Sequence record: SRR2962707_896
Strand: one strand, 5' to 3'
Length of the DNA: 64,000 nucleotides
This document shows positions 39,233-49,423 of the stretch, in pieces (the stretch's first letter is position 1; each line of letters starts with the position of its first letter). The notes under the pieces are model-generated. The model worked only from the letters and a program-made list of their open reading frames with translations. It was not told the origin of the DNA and searched no databases. Both the position numbers and the translations under genes were made by a program.

Positions 39233-39808
39233 CTAAATACGAACTTCCACCACCAGAATATCGGTTCCGTAGAGCGTCTTCATTTCGTCCAGGAACCAGG
39301 GAGCAAACGCCTCGCCAAAGGCGTTCCAAAGGGTGATGGCCACATTACTGAATGCCCAGGGCGGTTCCTTGCCGCCGTGATCGGTCCGATATTCAGTAAT
39401 ATGAAATGTCTTCGCGCAATTCCGGCATTGCGGATAATCGTCTTCTCTTTCGTACCAGGCGCTGATGCCATCCGCCGCGTCCCAGCCCATGTCGTGATTA
39501 CACTCCGGGCAAGCAAAATGGAGGTCGGCACCCTCCATGGGATGGAAAACCCGGCGGCTGCCATGATGCAGCTCCAGACCATGGGTCAGCAGCGTATGTT
39601 CCGAACTGTCCGGTCGTGGTTCTTCATCGAAGATCCGTGATATCTCCGGCAGAAACCGGTAGCCCGGTTCACCCAGGGTGCAGTCGGACAGCGCATTTTC
39701 CACCATGCCTCTTTTCTGGAACCAGTAAAGGATCTCCTTCACCTTGGCATGATCGTCGGGATAGTCCCCTTTATGAACCGGCACGATGTGGGTGCAGTTG
39801 TCACTCAT
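39233..39808 (-). CDS. Hypothetical protein with Zn-ribbon (CPEC...CRNC)
   Basis: Real C-terminal part of the 39233..41053 ORF, starting MSDNCTHIVP at 39808. Confidence 0.7.
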   Translation of the reverse strand: MSDNCTHIVPVHKGDYPDDHAKVKEILYWFQKRGMVENALSDCTLGEPGYRFLPEISRIFDEEPRPDSSEHTLLTHGLELHHGSRRVFHPMEGADLHFACPECNHDMGWDAADGISAWYEREDDYPQCRNCAKTFHITEYRTDHGGKEPPWAFSNVAITLWNAFGEAFAPWFLDEMKTLYGTDILVVEVRI

Positions 39809-40015
39809 TACGGTGTTCTCTCTTTTGATCCAGCACCCCGGAGTCTGCTCCCGGGTTACCCGTGCAGATCCAGAAAGATGCCATGAACCCATCATCTTGC
39901 CTTTTGCGCCGATCAAACGCACGCTCCCAGTATCCCATCCCACACGGATACGGTGAGGGAAAGGCGAGACAGGACAACCCGGCGGACAGACGCCGGCAGA
40001 GAGGGAGAAGTAATA

Positions 40016-41257
40016 ATGTCGCGCGACATTCTGGTACTGGGAGCCGGCATGGTCGGTGTATCCGCCGCCTGGCATCTGCTTGAACGCGGTCACCGGGTAA
40101 CCCTGGTCGACCGTAACGAGCCAGGCCGGGAAACCTCCTTCGGCAACGCCGGTATCATCCAACGCGAAGCCGTTCGCCCCTACCGTTTCCCCCGGGACCT
40201 GGCCACGCTGATGCGGGTGTTGCCCAATCGGCAAATCGACATCCGCTACCAACCCTCTGGTATGGTTCAGGCGGCCGGCCCGCTGTTTCAGTATTGGCGT
40301 AACTCCGAGCCCGAGCGCTACGCCCGCATCGTGCCCGAGTACGCCGCTCTCATCCGCCATGCTTTGGACGCTCATGCGCCGATGATCAATGCGGCCGACG
40401 CCGAAGCGCTGGTTCGCCGTGAAGGATACCTCGAAGTGTTTCGCAGCACCGAGGCTTTGGAGCAAGAATGCCGGCTGGCACAAGCCGATGCGCAACACTA
40501 TGACGTTACCCATCGCGTTCTGAACAGCGCGGCGCTGGCCGAGATGGAACCGGATCTCGCCGCCGGCCTCGCCGGTGCCATTCACTGGACCCAGCCGTGG
40601 ACAGTCACGGATCCGGGCGCTCTGGTCGCCGCCTACGCCAAAGCGTGTCAGGAGAAAGGCGGACAGTTTATTCAGGGCGCACTGCGAAAACTGGGCCATG
40701 ACGGCAACGCCTGGCGGGCGGAGATCGGCGACGAGATTCGATCGGCCCAACAGGTCGTACTGGCATTGGGGCCCTGGTCCAAACACTGGCTGTCGCAACA
40801 AGGTCTTTCCGTGCCCTTGTTCGTCAAACGCGGCTATCACATGCATTACGGCGCCCGTGGCGAAGCCCGCCTGCGGCACTGGGTGATGGACGCCGAGATC
40901 GGCTACCTGCTCGCCCCCATGCGCGCCGGTATACGCCTCACCACCGGTGCCGAGCTGGCCCGCCACGACGCCACACCCCACTACCAACAGCTGGCCGCAG
41001 CCGAAGCCACCGCCCGCCAGTTGTTTCCTCTGGGCGAACGCCTCGACCCTCAACCCTGGATGGGCGCGCGCCCCTGTACCCCGGACATGAAGCCGATTAT
41101 CGGCCCGGCGCCTGGTTTATCCGGACTATGGCTGGCCTTCGGCCACGGCCATCAGGGGTTCACTCTGGGCCCCATCACAGGGAAGTTACTCGGACAAATG
41201 ATGGACGGCGAGCCCACCGATGTGGACATGGCGCCATATCGGGTGGACCGGTTTTGA
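40016..41257 (+). CDS. FAD-dependent D-amino acid dehydrogenase (DAO/DadA family)
   Basis: VLGAGMVG, TSFGNAG, KRGYH, WMGARPCTPD, FGHGHQGFTLGP. Confidence 0.9.
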   Translation: MSRDILVLGAGMVGVSAAWHLLERGHRVTLVDRNEPGRETSFGNAGIIQREAVRPYRFPRDLATLMRVLPNRQIDIRYQPSGMVQAAGPLFQYWRNSEPERYARIVPEYAALIRHALDAHAPMINAADAEALVRREGYLEVFRSTEALEQECRLAQADAQHYDVTHRVLNSAALAEMEPDLAAGLAGAIHWTQPWTVTDPGALVAAYAKACQEKGGQFIQGALRKLGHDGNAWRAEIGDEIRSAQQVVLALGPWSKHWLSQQGLSVPLFVKRGYHMHYGARGEARLRHWVMDAEIGYLLAPMRAGIRLTTGAELARHDATPHYQQLAAAEATARQLFPLGERLDPQPWMGARPCTPDMKPIIGPAPGLSGLWLAFGHGHQGFTLGPITGKLLGQMMDGEPTDVDMAPYRVDRF

Positions 41258-41295
41258 TCTCCGGATAGCAGCGAGGCGGCCTGACAATGAAAGAG

Positions 41296-41313
41296 CCCGT
41301 CGACGACGGGCCC
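41296..41313. terminator. Hairpin between convergent genes
   Basis: GCCCGTC-GAC-GACGGGC stem-loop. Confidence 0.5.
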
Positions 41314-41328
41314 TTATCTCCTTGTGGT

Positions 41329-43449
41329 TTACTGGATGGTGGCAACCACACTGGTGGGAGTATAGACCAACTCCACCGCGACATCGCCGGCATCAACGGC
41401 GTCGAACGTTCCCGCCACGGCCGCGCCACTCAACAACGTGAACGTCTCACCGCTTTGCGGGGCGAGCGCCTGGAAATCCAGCACCAGATTTCCGCCATCA
41501 ACATAAATGGTTTTCCCCACAGTAAGCTGACTTTCATCGTCATCCATTCGTAACGTCAGCCCGCCACCGTCCACTGTCAGATTACCACTGATGGCCAAAG
41601 CCCCATCCACGTCCACCAAGACCATGCCTTCCTCCACATACACATCGCCGACACCGAACGCGGACGGGGAGAGCGCCGCCAGAGTGCCATCCTCCACCAG
41701 GGTTCCGCCGGAGTAGGTGTTTTCGCCGGTCAGCGCCAGATAGCCATCACCATCCTTGCGCAGACGGCCCGCACCAGAAATATCGTTCCGCCAGGCGTCC
41801 CGTGCGTTGAACCCACCAAGACCGGCATCCATGGTCACGGAGACATCGCCGAGGAAGGCGCCATAGCCATCCGCGGCGGTCACCAGATCCAGGCGGCCCC
41901 AGCCATTGGTGGCATCCAGGACTGGGTACCCGGAGTCAATGGAGGTGGTATAAAGCACCGCCCTGCGCTGCTCGTCGGTAAGGTACGGCAGGCGCGTGGC
42001 CAACAGGACTTCCGCGCCTTCCGGTACGATCGGGTCCTGGCCGGCCTTACCCGGGTCCCGCGGCAAACCGTAGGTCATGCGGAAGCGGTACGCTTCCTTG
42101 TTGGCCTCGTGATCGTCATACAAATTGTTGTCGTAGACTTCGGTGCGAACATTGGCTCCGTCAATAAGTCCCGCCTGGTCGGTTACCGGACGATGGGCGT
42201 ATTGGTACAAATCCATCCCCTCGGCCTCGGCCAGGTCACCGAAGAACTGCTGGGTACGCTGGTACGCCGCGGTCGCCTGATCCAGGATAGCCGGCTGATT
42301 GAGCGCGTAGCTGGCGACGATCATGGATTGCACACGCCCTCCGATCACATCAAGCGGAGAATGCATGCCCGCCATGATCCGGCTCTCACCCAGTTGCGAA
42401 GCCCGGGTCAACATCTCTGAATAGCGCTGCGGCAGCGCATAGGCATAGGCCATGGCGGCAAGATAACCGGCGTTGGTATGGCCACTGGGATAGCCACCAT
42501 CCTTGCGACGGTTCTCGGTGTCCTCGGTGTACAGCCCTTTGTCATGATCACCGCTACTGTGAGCACGGCGGGCGCACATCAGACCCGGCACCACTTTCAC
42601 ACTGGTGGTATAGCTGTCCACCGTTCGCACTTCACTATTGCCGGCGCTGTCCACGCAGGTGTAATCCTTGACGGTACCCAGGAAATCGATCTCGCCATTG
42701 TCGGTCATCCGCCAGGGACGCGGCGTGGAGAAGATGTACTTGGACGCGTTAGTGGATGCCGGCGAGCGCTGACGGAAAGCATCCACCAAAGTGACGACTT
42801 CTCCCAGCGTGGAGCTCTGATCCCCGGCAAAGACGATGTTGTCATTGGAGCCCGGCTGATAGTGCTCGTCCTCCAGCACCTGGGTGATGGTCGGAACGGG
42901 GATATCCACATAAGCCCCGGAGTTCTCCACATAAGTCTCGGTGAGCGGCCCGTAGCCATCGATCACGCTGTAGTTCTTGCTTCGGCTATCGTCAAGAAAT
43001 GCCAGGATCGCCTGCTCGTCGGAGCGCTCATGAGTCACATTGATGACATACCGCATGTTGGCGGCCCAGACCTCGGCGTTGATGATCGGATTCGCCAGAT
43101 AACCGTCGGGACCGCTGCCTGACGCCGCGCTCTGATAGCTGTCCGACGTTCCCTTCCAAATGTCATTGATACCGCTGAGAAGCATGGCAACAGGGTTGTC
43201 ACCAATGACCCAACGTAAAGTGTCATCCGCATTGTTTTCGGCGTACCGGCTGGCAGGCAGGGGGTAAGTGACCGACGGTGCTGCCACCGTTAGTTCACTG
43301 CCGGTACCCGCGGGCTTATTAGGCTTATCGATATCGGAAGGGGAGTCACTATCGCTTGAGCTGCCACCGCAGCCGGACAAGGCCAGTGCAGCCACGGCAG
43401 CCAGAATCAGAGAACTGGAACGCTCTCCTGGCAACGAATGGAAAGTCAT
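41329..43449 (-). CDS. Lipoprotein PAP2/class A acid phosphatase with autotransporter-associated beta-strand repeat
   Basis: Lipobox LSGC; KYIFSTPRP, YPSGH, SRIMAGMHSPLDV; GAGRLRKDGDGYLALTGENTYSGGT repeat. Confidence 0.85.
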   Translation of the reverse strand: MTFHSLPGERSSSLILAAVAALALSGCGGSSSDSDSPSDIDKPNKPAGTGSELTVAAPSVTYPLPASRYAENNADDTLRWVIGDNPVAMLLSGINDIWKGTSDSYQSAASGSGPDGYLANPIINAEVWAANMRYVINVTHERSDEQAILAFLDDSRSKNYSVIDGYGPLTETYVENSGAYVDIPVPTITQVLEDEHYQPGSNDNIVFAGDQSSTLGEVVTLVDAFRQRSPASTNASKYIFSTPRPWRMTDNGEIDFLGTVKDYTCVDSAGNSEVRTVDSYTTSVKVVPGLMCARRAHSSGDHDKGLYTEDTENRRKDGGYPSGHTNAGYLAAMAYAYALPQRYSEMLTRASQLGESRIMAGMHSPLDVIGGRVQSMIVASYALNQPAILDQATAAYQRTQQFFGDLAEAEGMDLYQYAHRPVTDQAGLIDGANVRTEVYDNNLYDDHEANKEAYRFRMTYGLPRDPGKAGQDPIVPEGAEVLLATRLPYLTDEQRRAVLYTTSIDSGYPVLDATNGWGRLDLVTAADGYGAFLGDVSVTMDAGLGGFNARDAWRNDISGAGRLRKDGDGYLALTGENTYSGGTLVEDGTLAALSPSAFGVGDVYVEEGMVLVDVDGALAISGNLTVDGGGLTLRMDDDESQLTVGKTIYVDGGNLVLDFQALAPQSGETFTLLSGAAVAGTFDAVDAGDVAVELVYTPTSVVATIQ

Positions 43450-43653
43450 GGACGGCTCACTTATCGAAGATGGAATCGGATTGAGTTTCTTGTCACAAGA
43501 AAGGAAGACGGTGATCGCTTTTGCAAACCTCTCCACCCTTGTCAAAAGGAGCCATTCTAGTCAGAAAGCATGAACCTTCCGTTACATACCGTTATGAATG
43601 ACAGGCACCCGAATAAGGCTTGGAACGGCGCCGGAGCCGACCTCACCCTCCAT

Positions 43654-44142
43654 CTAGCGAAGTTGGATCAGCCCGCCGCCAGCATTCAATCGAGGAACCC
43701 CGCCATGCTTGATAAAATAGGCATCGATGGCCAGTGCCTCCTGCCAATGCAAAAAGCCGGCCTTCAAATGAGGCGCCATGCACTCTTCAAGCGGGAAAAA
43801 AGCGACATGCATCCTCTCACTTGCTCCTTCCGGCCACCTCCATGCTGCTGAATGCCCTGAATAACGGCCTTCGTAATGAATGCCCGCGGATGACGCAAAC
43901 TGAGACATCCGGTTCTTGAAATTGTCGGTCATTCCGATGTACTGCACTTCGATTGCCGAGGGACAAGGGACCTTCTTCGGCGTTCCCCAGGCAATGGCGT
44001 AGATTCCTGACATTTTTCTTACCGGTGCAAGCGGAGGGTCCACCTTGTCGGAGCGCCCTCCTGGTCCCGGCCAAAAACAGCGATTGATTCTGCTCCAGTG
44101 AAACCACTGATCAAGAAAAGGCTTTAACCTGAACCTGTCCAA
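43654..44142 (-). CDS. GIY-YIG nuclease-like protein
   Basis: SGIYAI...VQYIGMTDNFKNR, then E (WQEAL) and N (PRLN); TTG start with GAGGGG RBS. Confidence 0.65.
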   Translation of the reverse strand: MDRFRLKPFLDQWFHWSRINRCFWPGPGGRSDKVDPPLAPVRKMSGIYAIAWGTPKKVPCPSAIEVQYIGMTDNFKNRMSQFASSAGIHYEGRYSGHSAAWRWPEGASERMHVAFFPLEECMAPHLKAGFLHWQEALAIDAYFIKHGGVPRLNAGGGLIQLR

Positions 44143-44221
44143 CCCCTACCCCTCAAGACACACTAAAAGTCATTTTCCGTCTTTTACCACGTTACAAACC
44201 GGCATCGCCGTGCCGGTACAG

Positions 44222-45040
44222 CTACCAGCAGCGTAAGATACGCACATAACGCCGATTGCGGCTGTATGAAGGCGGCTGCCCGAACCAGCGTTGGTAGGTA
44301 CGTGACAAATGCGCGGAATCAGTGAAACCGGCGGCATGGGCGATCTCGGTGATGCTTCGGTCCGAATGGAGCAGCTCAAATACCCGTTGCAGCTTTCTCC
44401 ACGCCTTGTAGTCACGCAGAGACATACCGAATACGTCACTGATCACCCGCGACGCCCAAAAATAGGATACGCCCAATTGTTCGGCCAGTTGAGCCAGAGA
44501 AACTTCTGGCTGAGCTTCCAGGAGTGTACGAAGACGTCCCGCCCTGGGATCCACCCGAGGCGGTACCGGCATGTGCCGGAAGGGCACCCGCAACACCTCT
44601 TGATAGACCTCTTCAGCTTCGCAGGCCGGTAATCCGCCCCAGAACAGCGCTTCCAACTCTTGTTCCAGATGGCCGAACTGCCCCCGATCCAGCAGCGATA
44701 TCCGCCCCTTGGCCAACCCATTGAGGGCATCATAATGGGGGGAAGCCGGCATCACGTGGAAACAAACCAGGGGCACATTGGCCGCCAACAAACTGCGGGG
44801 AACGAATGGAGGCACCAGGATGGCGCGGCCGCGCCATTCCTGTCCGCCAGCGGACACGGTAAACCGGCCCTCGCCAACGGAAAGAAGGACCGCCGCCGAC
44901 GGCGGCCGGGTGTCACGGGTATCGATCCACGGCGCGGTATAGATAAAGCCGGACCGACCCATCATGTAGACGTTATCCTTCACCTCGTGGGACAGGATAC
45001 CGAACCCCGAACTGTCCCGTTCCGAGTGTTTCACCGCCAT
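44222..45040 (-). CDS. AraC family regulator
   Basis: SLAQLAEQLGVS, SITEIAHAAGFTDSAHLSRT; GGAGG RBS. Confidence 0.88.
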   Translation of the reverse strand: MAVKHSERDSSGFGILSHEVKDNVYMMGRSGFIYTAPWIDTRDTRPPSAAVLLSVGEGRFTVSAGGQEWRGRAILVPPFVPRSLLAANVPLVCFHVMPASPHYDALNGLAKGRISLLDRGQFGHLEQELEALFWGGLPACEAEEVYQEVLRVPFRHMPVPPRVDPRAGRLRTLLEAQPEVSLAQLAEQLGVSYFWASRVISDVFGMSLRDYKAWRKLQRVFELLHSDRSITEIAHAAGFTDSAHLSRTYQRWFGQPPSYSRNRRYVRILRCW

Positions 45041-45127
45041 GGAATCTCTCCTCCGCGCGGCCTAGTCTTCCACGGCCAGCTGCTGCCCCGCTCACTCCAT
45101 CATAGCCGAAAGCACGATCCTGGAGAC

Positions 45128-45164
45128 TTGTACGTTTTTGCGGTAACAGGGCAAAACCGTTCAA
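45128..45164. promoter_or_regulatory. Inverted repeat, probable AraC operator
   Basis: TTGTACGTTTTTGC-N9-GCAAAACCGTTCAA, 12/14 dyad. Confidence 0.5.
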
Positions 45165-45315
45165 TTCTTGACGACCCGCTTTAATCCATCCTGGTGTTTG
45201 TCAGCTCAATCAGAACAGACGCGGCGAGCGCGCCCAAAAATCAAATAATTGCATTTCCATCCAAATCACGACGGCTCGCCCAAATCACAACAACAAGGGT
45301 CAGGAGAACTGTACC

Positions 45316-47316
45316 ATGCTCAAGCAGGTCCCCCACCGGCGTCAGCGGTACTCCACCGCCGTGATCGCCTTTCTATCCTCGTTATTGCTCTTGATGTCCG
45401 GGTGCGGTGGCTCATCGTCATCGGATTCCGACAGAGAGCCACTTTCCGGTCTGTTCGGCGCCCTTCCAATATCCGGCGTCAGCTACCGGCAGGGTGACGC
45501 GCCATGGCGAACTACCGGCGAGTTGGGTCAATTCCACTATACCGGGGATGAGACACTCACCTTCGCCCTTGGCGATCTGACCCTGGGAAGCACCTCCGGA
45601 GCAAAAGCACTCACCGTCGCCAATCTATCGCCCGCTGCCACACCGGCGCAGACGCCGGCGATGATCAATACCCTGGTGCTGCTGCAAACCCTGGATGCCG
45701 ACGGCAGCCTTCATAATGGTATTCAGATTACACCACGGATCCGGGAACGGGTTTCCGAGCAGGCCGCCAGCCTGACTTTGGATCAGCCCACCCCCGATTT
45801 CAACGCCGCCCTGCAAAGTGTAGTGGATGATCTGGAAAGTGCCGGCGCCTTCTCCGACACCGATTCCAGAGCCCGTCGGCTGACCACGCCCGATGATGCG
45901 GAGGAGAACTTCCAACGTGCCGTCTCCCCCCGCCGGTTGGTTGAAACCAACGGCGGTCAGCTCAGTGGCTTCCAAGCCGATGAAAATACCTGGCAGTTTC
46001 TTGGCATCCCCTATGCGAAACCGCCATTGGGCGAACTGCGCTGGCGCCCGCCGGTGGATCCCGAGCCGTGGTCCGGCATCCGCCACGCCGTTGCCTGGAG
46101 CGATCAGGCCGCGCAAAACACCGCCCTGGAACGGTTCGGTGAGGGCGGCATGAGTGAAGATTCGCTTTATCTCAATGTGACGGCACCGAAGAACGCCGAT
46201 GGCCTGCCGGTGATGGTCTGGTTTCATGGCGGAGGCTTCACCGCGTTGACCAGTAACACCAAGCCGTTCAATAACCCGCAGGCAGTGGCGAGCAAAGGCG
46301 TGGTACAGGTCTCGGTTAACCACCGGCTGGGGCCGTTCGGCTATATCGCACACCCCGAGTTGAGTGCGGAGAGCGGTTATAACGGCTCAGGCAACTACGG
46401 ACAAATGGACCTGATCGCGGCCTTGGAGTGGGTGCGTGACAACATTGAAGCCTTTGGTGGAGATCCCGGTAACGTCACCATATTCGGAGAATCCGGTGGC
46501 GGCCGCAAAGTGCTGTCGTTGATGGCCTCTCCCCGCGCCGCCGGCCTGTTCCATCGGGCGATCAGCCAGAGTGGCACGCTCTATCCGGATACCCGTACCC
46601 TGGCGGCCGCCGAGGCCGTCGGTAGCCAACTGCAAACTGAACTGGACGCTTCGTCTCTGGCTGAGATGCGCCAGAAGAGCTGGCAGGAAGTAGCGGCTGC
46701 CGCGGCGACGCTGGCGCCCTACACCAACATTGACAACCACTATCTACCCTACGCCGAACGCGTCTCTTTCGAATCCGGCAATCAGAACGACGTGCCGTTT
46801 ATGTTCAGTATCAACGCCAACGATACCCCGGACCCCACCAATACCGCCATTGAGGTGTTTCCCTGGATGGCGCCACTGTGTTCGGCCAATCACTACGCCA
46901 CCTATTTCACTCACCAGCCCGCTGGCTGGAGAGCCCGGGGCGTGGAAGCCTACCACGCCGCCGAACTGGCCTATGTGTTCAACATGCCAGAGAGCGTCAT
47001 CACCCACTACCTGCTGGGCCTGGTCATCGATCCGGCAACCGGCGATTCGTTGGTCATTGATGATCTCAACGGCAACGGCGTGTCCGGATCCCAAGGCGAT
47101 CCCGCCGATATTCTTGCCTCCGCCGGTTTCGATCAGACCGACCAGGCGGTAATCGATCGCATGCTCACCATCTGGACCAACTTCGCAAAAACCGGCGATC
47201 CGAGCATTGAGGGTGACATCGACTATCCGCTTTATGACGCGGCCAGTGAAAGCTATGTGGAAATAGGCGCCAACAGCGAAGCGAAGACCGGCCTCGGCAG
47301 TGTGCTGAGTGACTGA
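45316..47316 (+). CDS. Lipoprotein type-B carboxylesterase (copy 1)
   Basis: Lipobox MSGC; FLGIPYAKPP, SEDSLYLN, WFHGGG, GNYGQMD, FGESGG, YHAAELAYVF, WTNFAKTGDP. Confidence 0.9.
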   Translation: MLKQVPHRRQRYSTAVIAFLSSLLLLMSGCGGSSSSDSDREPLSGLFGALPISGVSYRQGDAPWRTTGELGQFHYTGDETLTFALGDLTLGSTSGAKALTVANLSPAATPAQTPAMINTLVLLQTLDADGSLHNGIQITPRIRERVSEQAASLTLDQPTPDFNAALQSVVDDLESAGAFSDTDSRARRLTTPDDAEENFQRAVSPRRLVETNGGQLSGFQADENTWQFLGIPYAKPPLGELRWRPPVDPEPWSGIRHAVAWSDQAAQNTALERFGEGGMSEDSLYLNVTAPKNADGLPVMVWFHGGGFTALTSNTKPFNNPQAVASKGVVQVSVNHRLGPFGYIAHPELSAESGYNGSGNYGQMDLIAALEWVRDNIEAFGGDPGNVTIFGESGGGRKVLSLMASPRAAGLFHRAISQSGTLYPDTRTLAAAEAVGSQLQTELDASSLAEMRQKSWQEVAAAAATLAPYTNIDNHYLPYAERVSFESGNQNDVPFMFSINANDTPDPTNTAIEVFPWMAPLCSANHYATYFTHQPAGWRARGVEAYHAAELAYVFNMPESVITHYLLGLVIDPATGDSLVIDDLNGNGVSGSQGDPADILASAGFDQTDQAVIDRMLTIWTNFAKTGDPSIEGDIDYPLYDAASESYVEIGANSEAKTGLGSVLSD

Positions 47317-47352
47317 AGGCAGATAACGGTGACTGGAATCAAGGAGATCACC

Positions 47353-49380
47353 ATGCAAAAAGAACAAAGGCAAGGCTCACGGCTGATACATCTCATTGCC
47401 GTGGCGCCCCTGATCCTCGCGGGCTGCGGCAGCGATAGCGACAATCACGGCGGCCCCTCCAGCCCTGATACCCAGACAGGTACCTTTATCGACAGCCCGG
47501 TGGCCGGGATCGATTACGTCGGGACCGAAACCGTGGCGGGTATCACCGACCAGGCCGGTCAGTTCCACTATCAAAGCGGAGAGCAGATCACTTTCTCCAT
47601 TGGTGAATTGAAACTGGGCAGCGCGGAAGGGGCGCCCCAGCTCACCCCGCTGAACATCACCGAGGACGCCACCTCCGCTGAAGACGAACGCGTGAGCAAC
47701 AAACTCATTCTGCTGCAGTCACTGGACCAGGATGGCGATTTGAACAATGGCATTCAAATCACCGATATGATTCGCTCACAGGTTTCCGACAACGCGGAGA
47801 TCATCAATTTTAACCAGTCGCCTGACCAGTTCCGGGAGGCTCTGCAATCGATCCTCACCGATCTGGAAAACAACCAAGTCTTCTCGGATACCGATCCACG
47901 CCCACGACGTGTCCGCTACTTTGACGAAGCAGTGGAGCATTTCACCCGCTCCATCAGCCGGCGGATCGTCGTCGCCACCACCGGCGGTGACCTGCGTGGC
48001 TTCGAAGCAAACGAGAACACCTGGCAATTTCTCGGCATCCCCTACGCTAAACCACCCCTCGGCGAACTGCGCTGGCGGCCGCCGGTGAAGCCCGAACCCT
48101 GGGAAGGCATCCGCGACGCCGTGGCCTGGGCCGACCAATCCGCCCAGGCCACGGCTTTGGAAAGCGTCAATGAAGGCGGCATGAGCGAGGATTCCTTGTA
48201 CCTCAACATCTCCGCTCCGAAAAACGCCGACAACCTGCCGGTAATGGTCTGGTTCCACGGCGGTGCCTTCGCCATTCTTTCCGCCAACTCCAGGCAGTAC
48301 AACAACCCGGACAGCCTCACCAGCAAGGGAGTAGTACTGGTAACGGTCAACCATCGCCTGGGACCGTTCGGCTATATCGCCCACCCCGAACTCAGCGAGG
48401 AAAGCGGCTACGGAGGCTCCGGCAACTATGGGCAGATGGATCTGGTAATGGCACTAGAGTGGGTGCGGGACAATATCGCCGCCTTTGGCGGAGACGCCGG
48501 CAACGTCACTCTATTCGGTCAATCCGGCGGCGGCGGAAAAACCTATTCACTGATGAATTCCCCCCAGGCCGCTGGTTTGTTTCACAAGGCCATCGTGATG
48601 AGCGGCTTCGCGCCTCTGGAAACGGGAGGCGCGCCAGGGGATTCACTGGCAGAATCCGAACTCGTGGGCACCGCCCTGTTCGACCGGGCCGGCGTCGATA
48701 CCCTGGAGCAAGCCCGGCAGTTACCTTGGACCGCGTTCACCGATGCCGACGCGCAACACGGCATCCCACGCCAAACCTACCGGCCCAATGTGGATTACTA
48801 CTATCAGCCCAAGACCTACTATCAAAACGTCATCGACGGCATGCCCAGCGACGTCCCCCTGATGGCCGGTGTCACCGCCGGTGACTATCCCCATTTGCGC
48901 GCGGCCCTGCCTGTATGGCTGAGCCAGCGTTCCTCGCATTATCAGTCCGACCAGTACGTTTATAAGTTCAGCCGGGTTCCATCGGGTTGGCTGAGCCGGG
49001 ACATCATGAGCTGCCACGGGTGCGAATTACCCTACCTGTTCAACCATCCGGCCGGTCTGGTGCAGAACTATCAACTTGGGCTGGTCAACACGGTGGACGG
49101 CGAGAAGCCGGAAATCGGTGATCTGAACGGAAACGGCATCGACGGCACGGACGGCGACGTAGCGGATGTCTTCGCTTCCATGAGCTACGGCCAGGACGAT
49201 GAAACCGTGGTGGAGCTGATGATGACCATGTGGACCAACTTCGCCAAAACCGGCGATCCCAGCCCGGCCCATCTGCAGTGGCCCGCCTACACCGAGGACA
49301 ACGGCAGCTTCCTGGAAATCAGGCAGGATACCGAAGCCTCGGTGGAAGCCGGCGTTGCGGAGGCCATGGGGTTGGAGTAA
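47353..49380 (+). CDS. Lipoprotein type-B carboxylesterase (copy 2)
   Basis: Lipobox LAGC; same motifs with FGQSGG and CHGCELPYLF; AAGGAG RBS. Confidence 0.9.
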   Translation: MQKEQRQGSRLIHLIAVAPLILAGCGSDSDNHGGPSSPDTQTGTFIDSPVAGIDYVGTETVAGITDQAGQFHYQSGEQITFSIGELKLGSAEGAPQLTPLNITEDATSAEDERVSNKLILLQSLDQDGDLNNGIQITDMIRSQVSDNAEIINFNQSPDQFREALQSILTDLENNQVFSDTDPRPRRVRYFDEAVEHFTRSISRRIVVATTGGDLRGFEANENTWQFLGIPYAKPPLGELRWRPPVKPEPWEGIRDAVAWADQSAQATALESVNEGGMSEDSLYLNISAPKNADNLPVMVWFHGGAFAILSANSRQYNNPDSLTSKGVVLVTVNHRLGPFGYIAHPELSEESGYGGSGNYGQMDLVMALEWVRDNIAAFGGDAGNVTLFGQSGGGGKTYSLMNSPQAAGLFHKAIVMSGFAPLETGGAPGDSLAESELVGTALFDRAGVDTLEQARQLPWTAFTDADAQHGIPRQTYRPNVDYYYQPKTYYQNVIDGMPSDVPLMAGVTAGDYPHLRAALPVWLSQRSSHYQSDQYVYKFSRVPSGWLSRDIMSCHGCELPYLFNHPAGLVQNYQLGLVNTVDGEKPEIGDLNGNGIDGTDGDVADVFASMSYGQDDETVVELMMTMWTNFAKTGDPSPAHLQWPAYTEDNGSFLEIRQDTEASVEAGVAEAMGLE

Positions 49381-49423
49381 CCCTAAACAGAAACTGAGAG
49401 CCAATCGAAAATTGGCGCAAAGT

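Noticed and set aside
39809-41053. Upstream part of the 606-aa minus ORF
   Set aside because: Antisense to the D-amino acid dehydrogenase gene.
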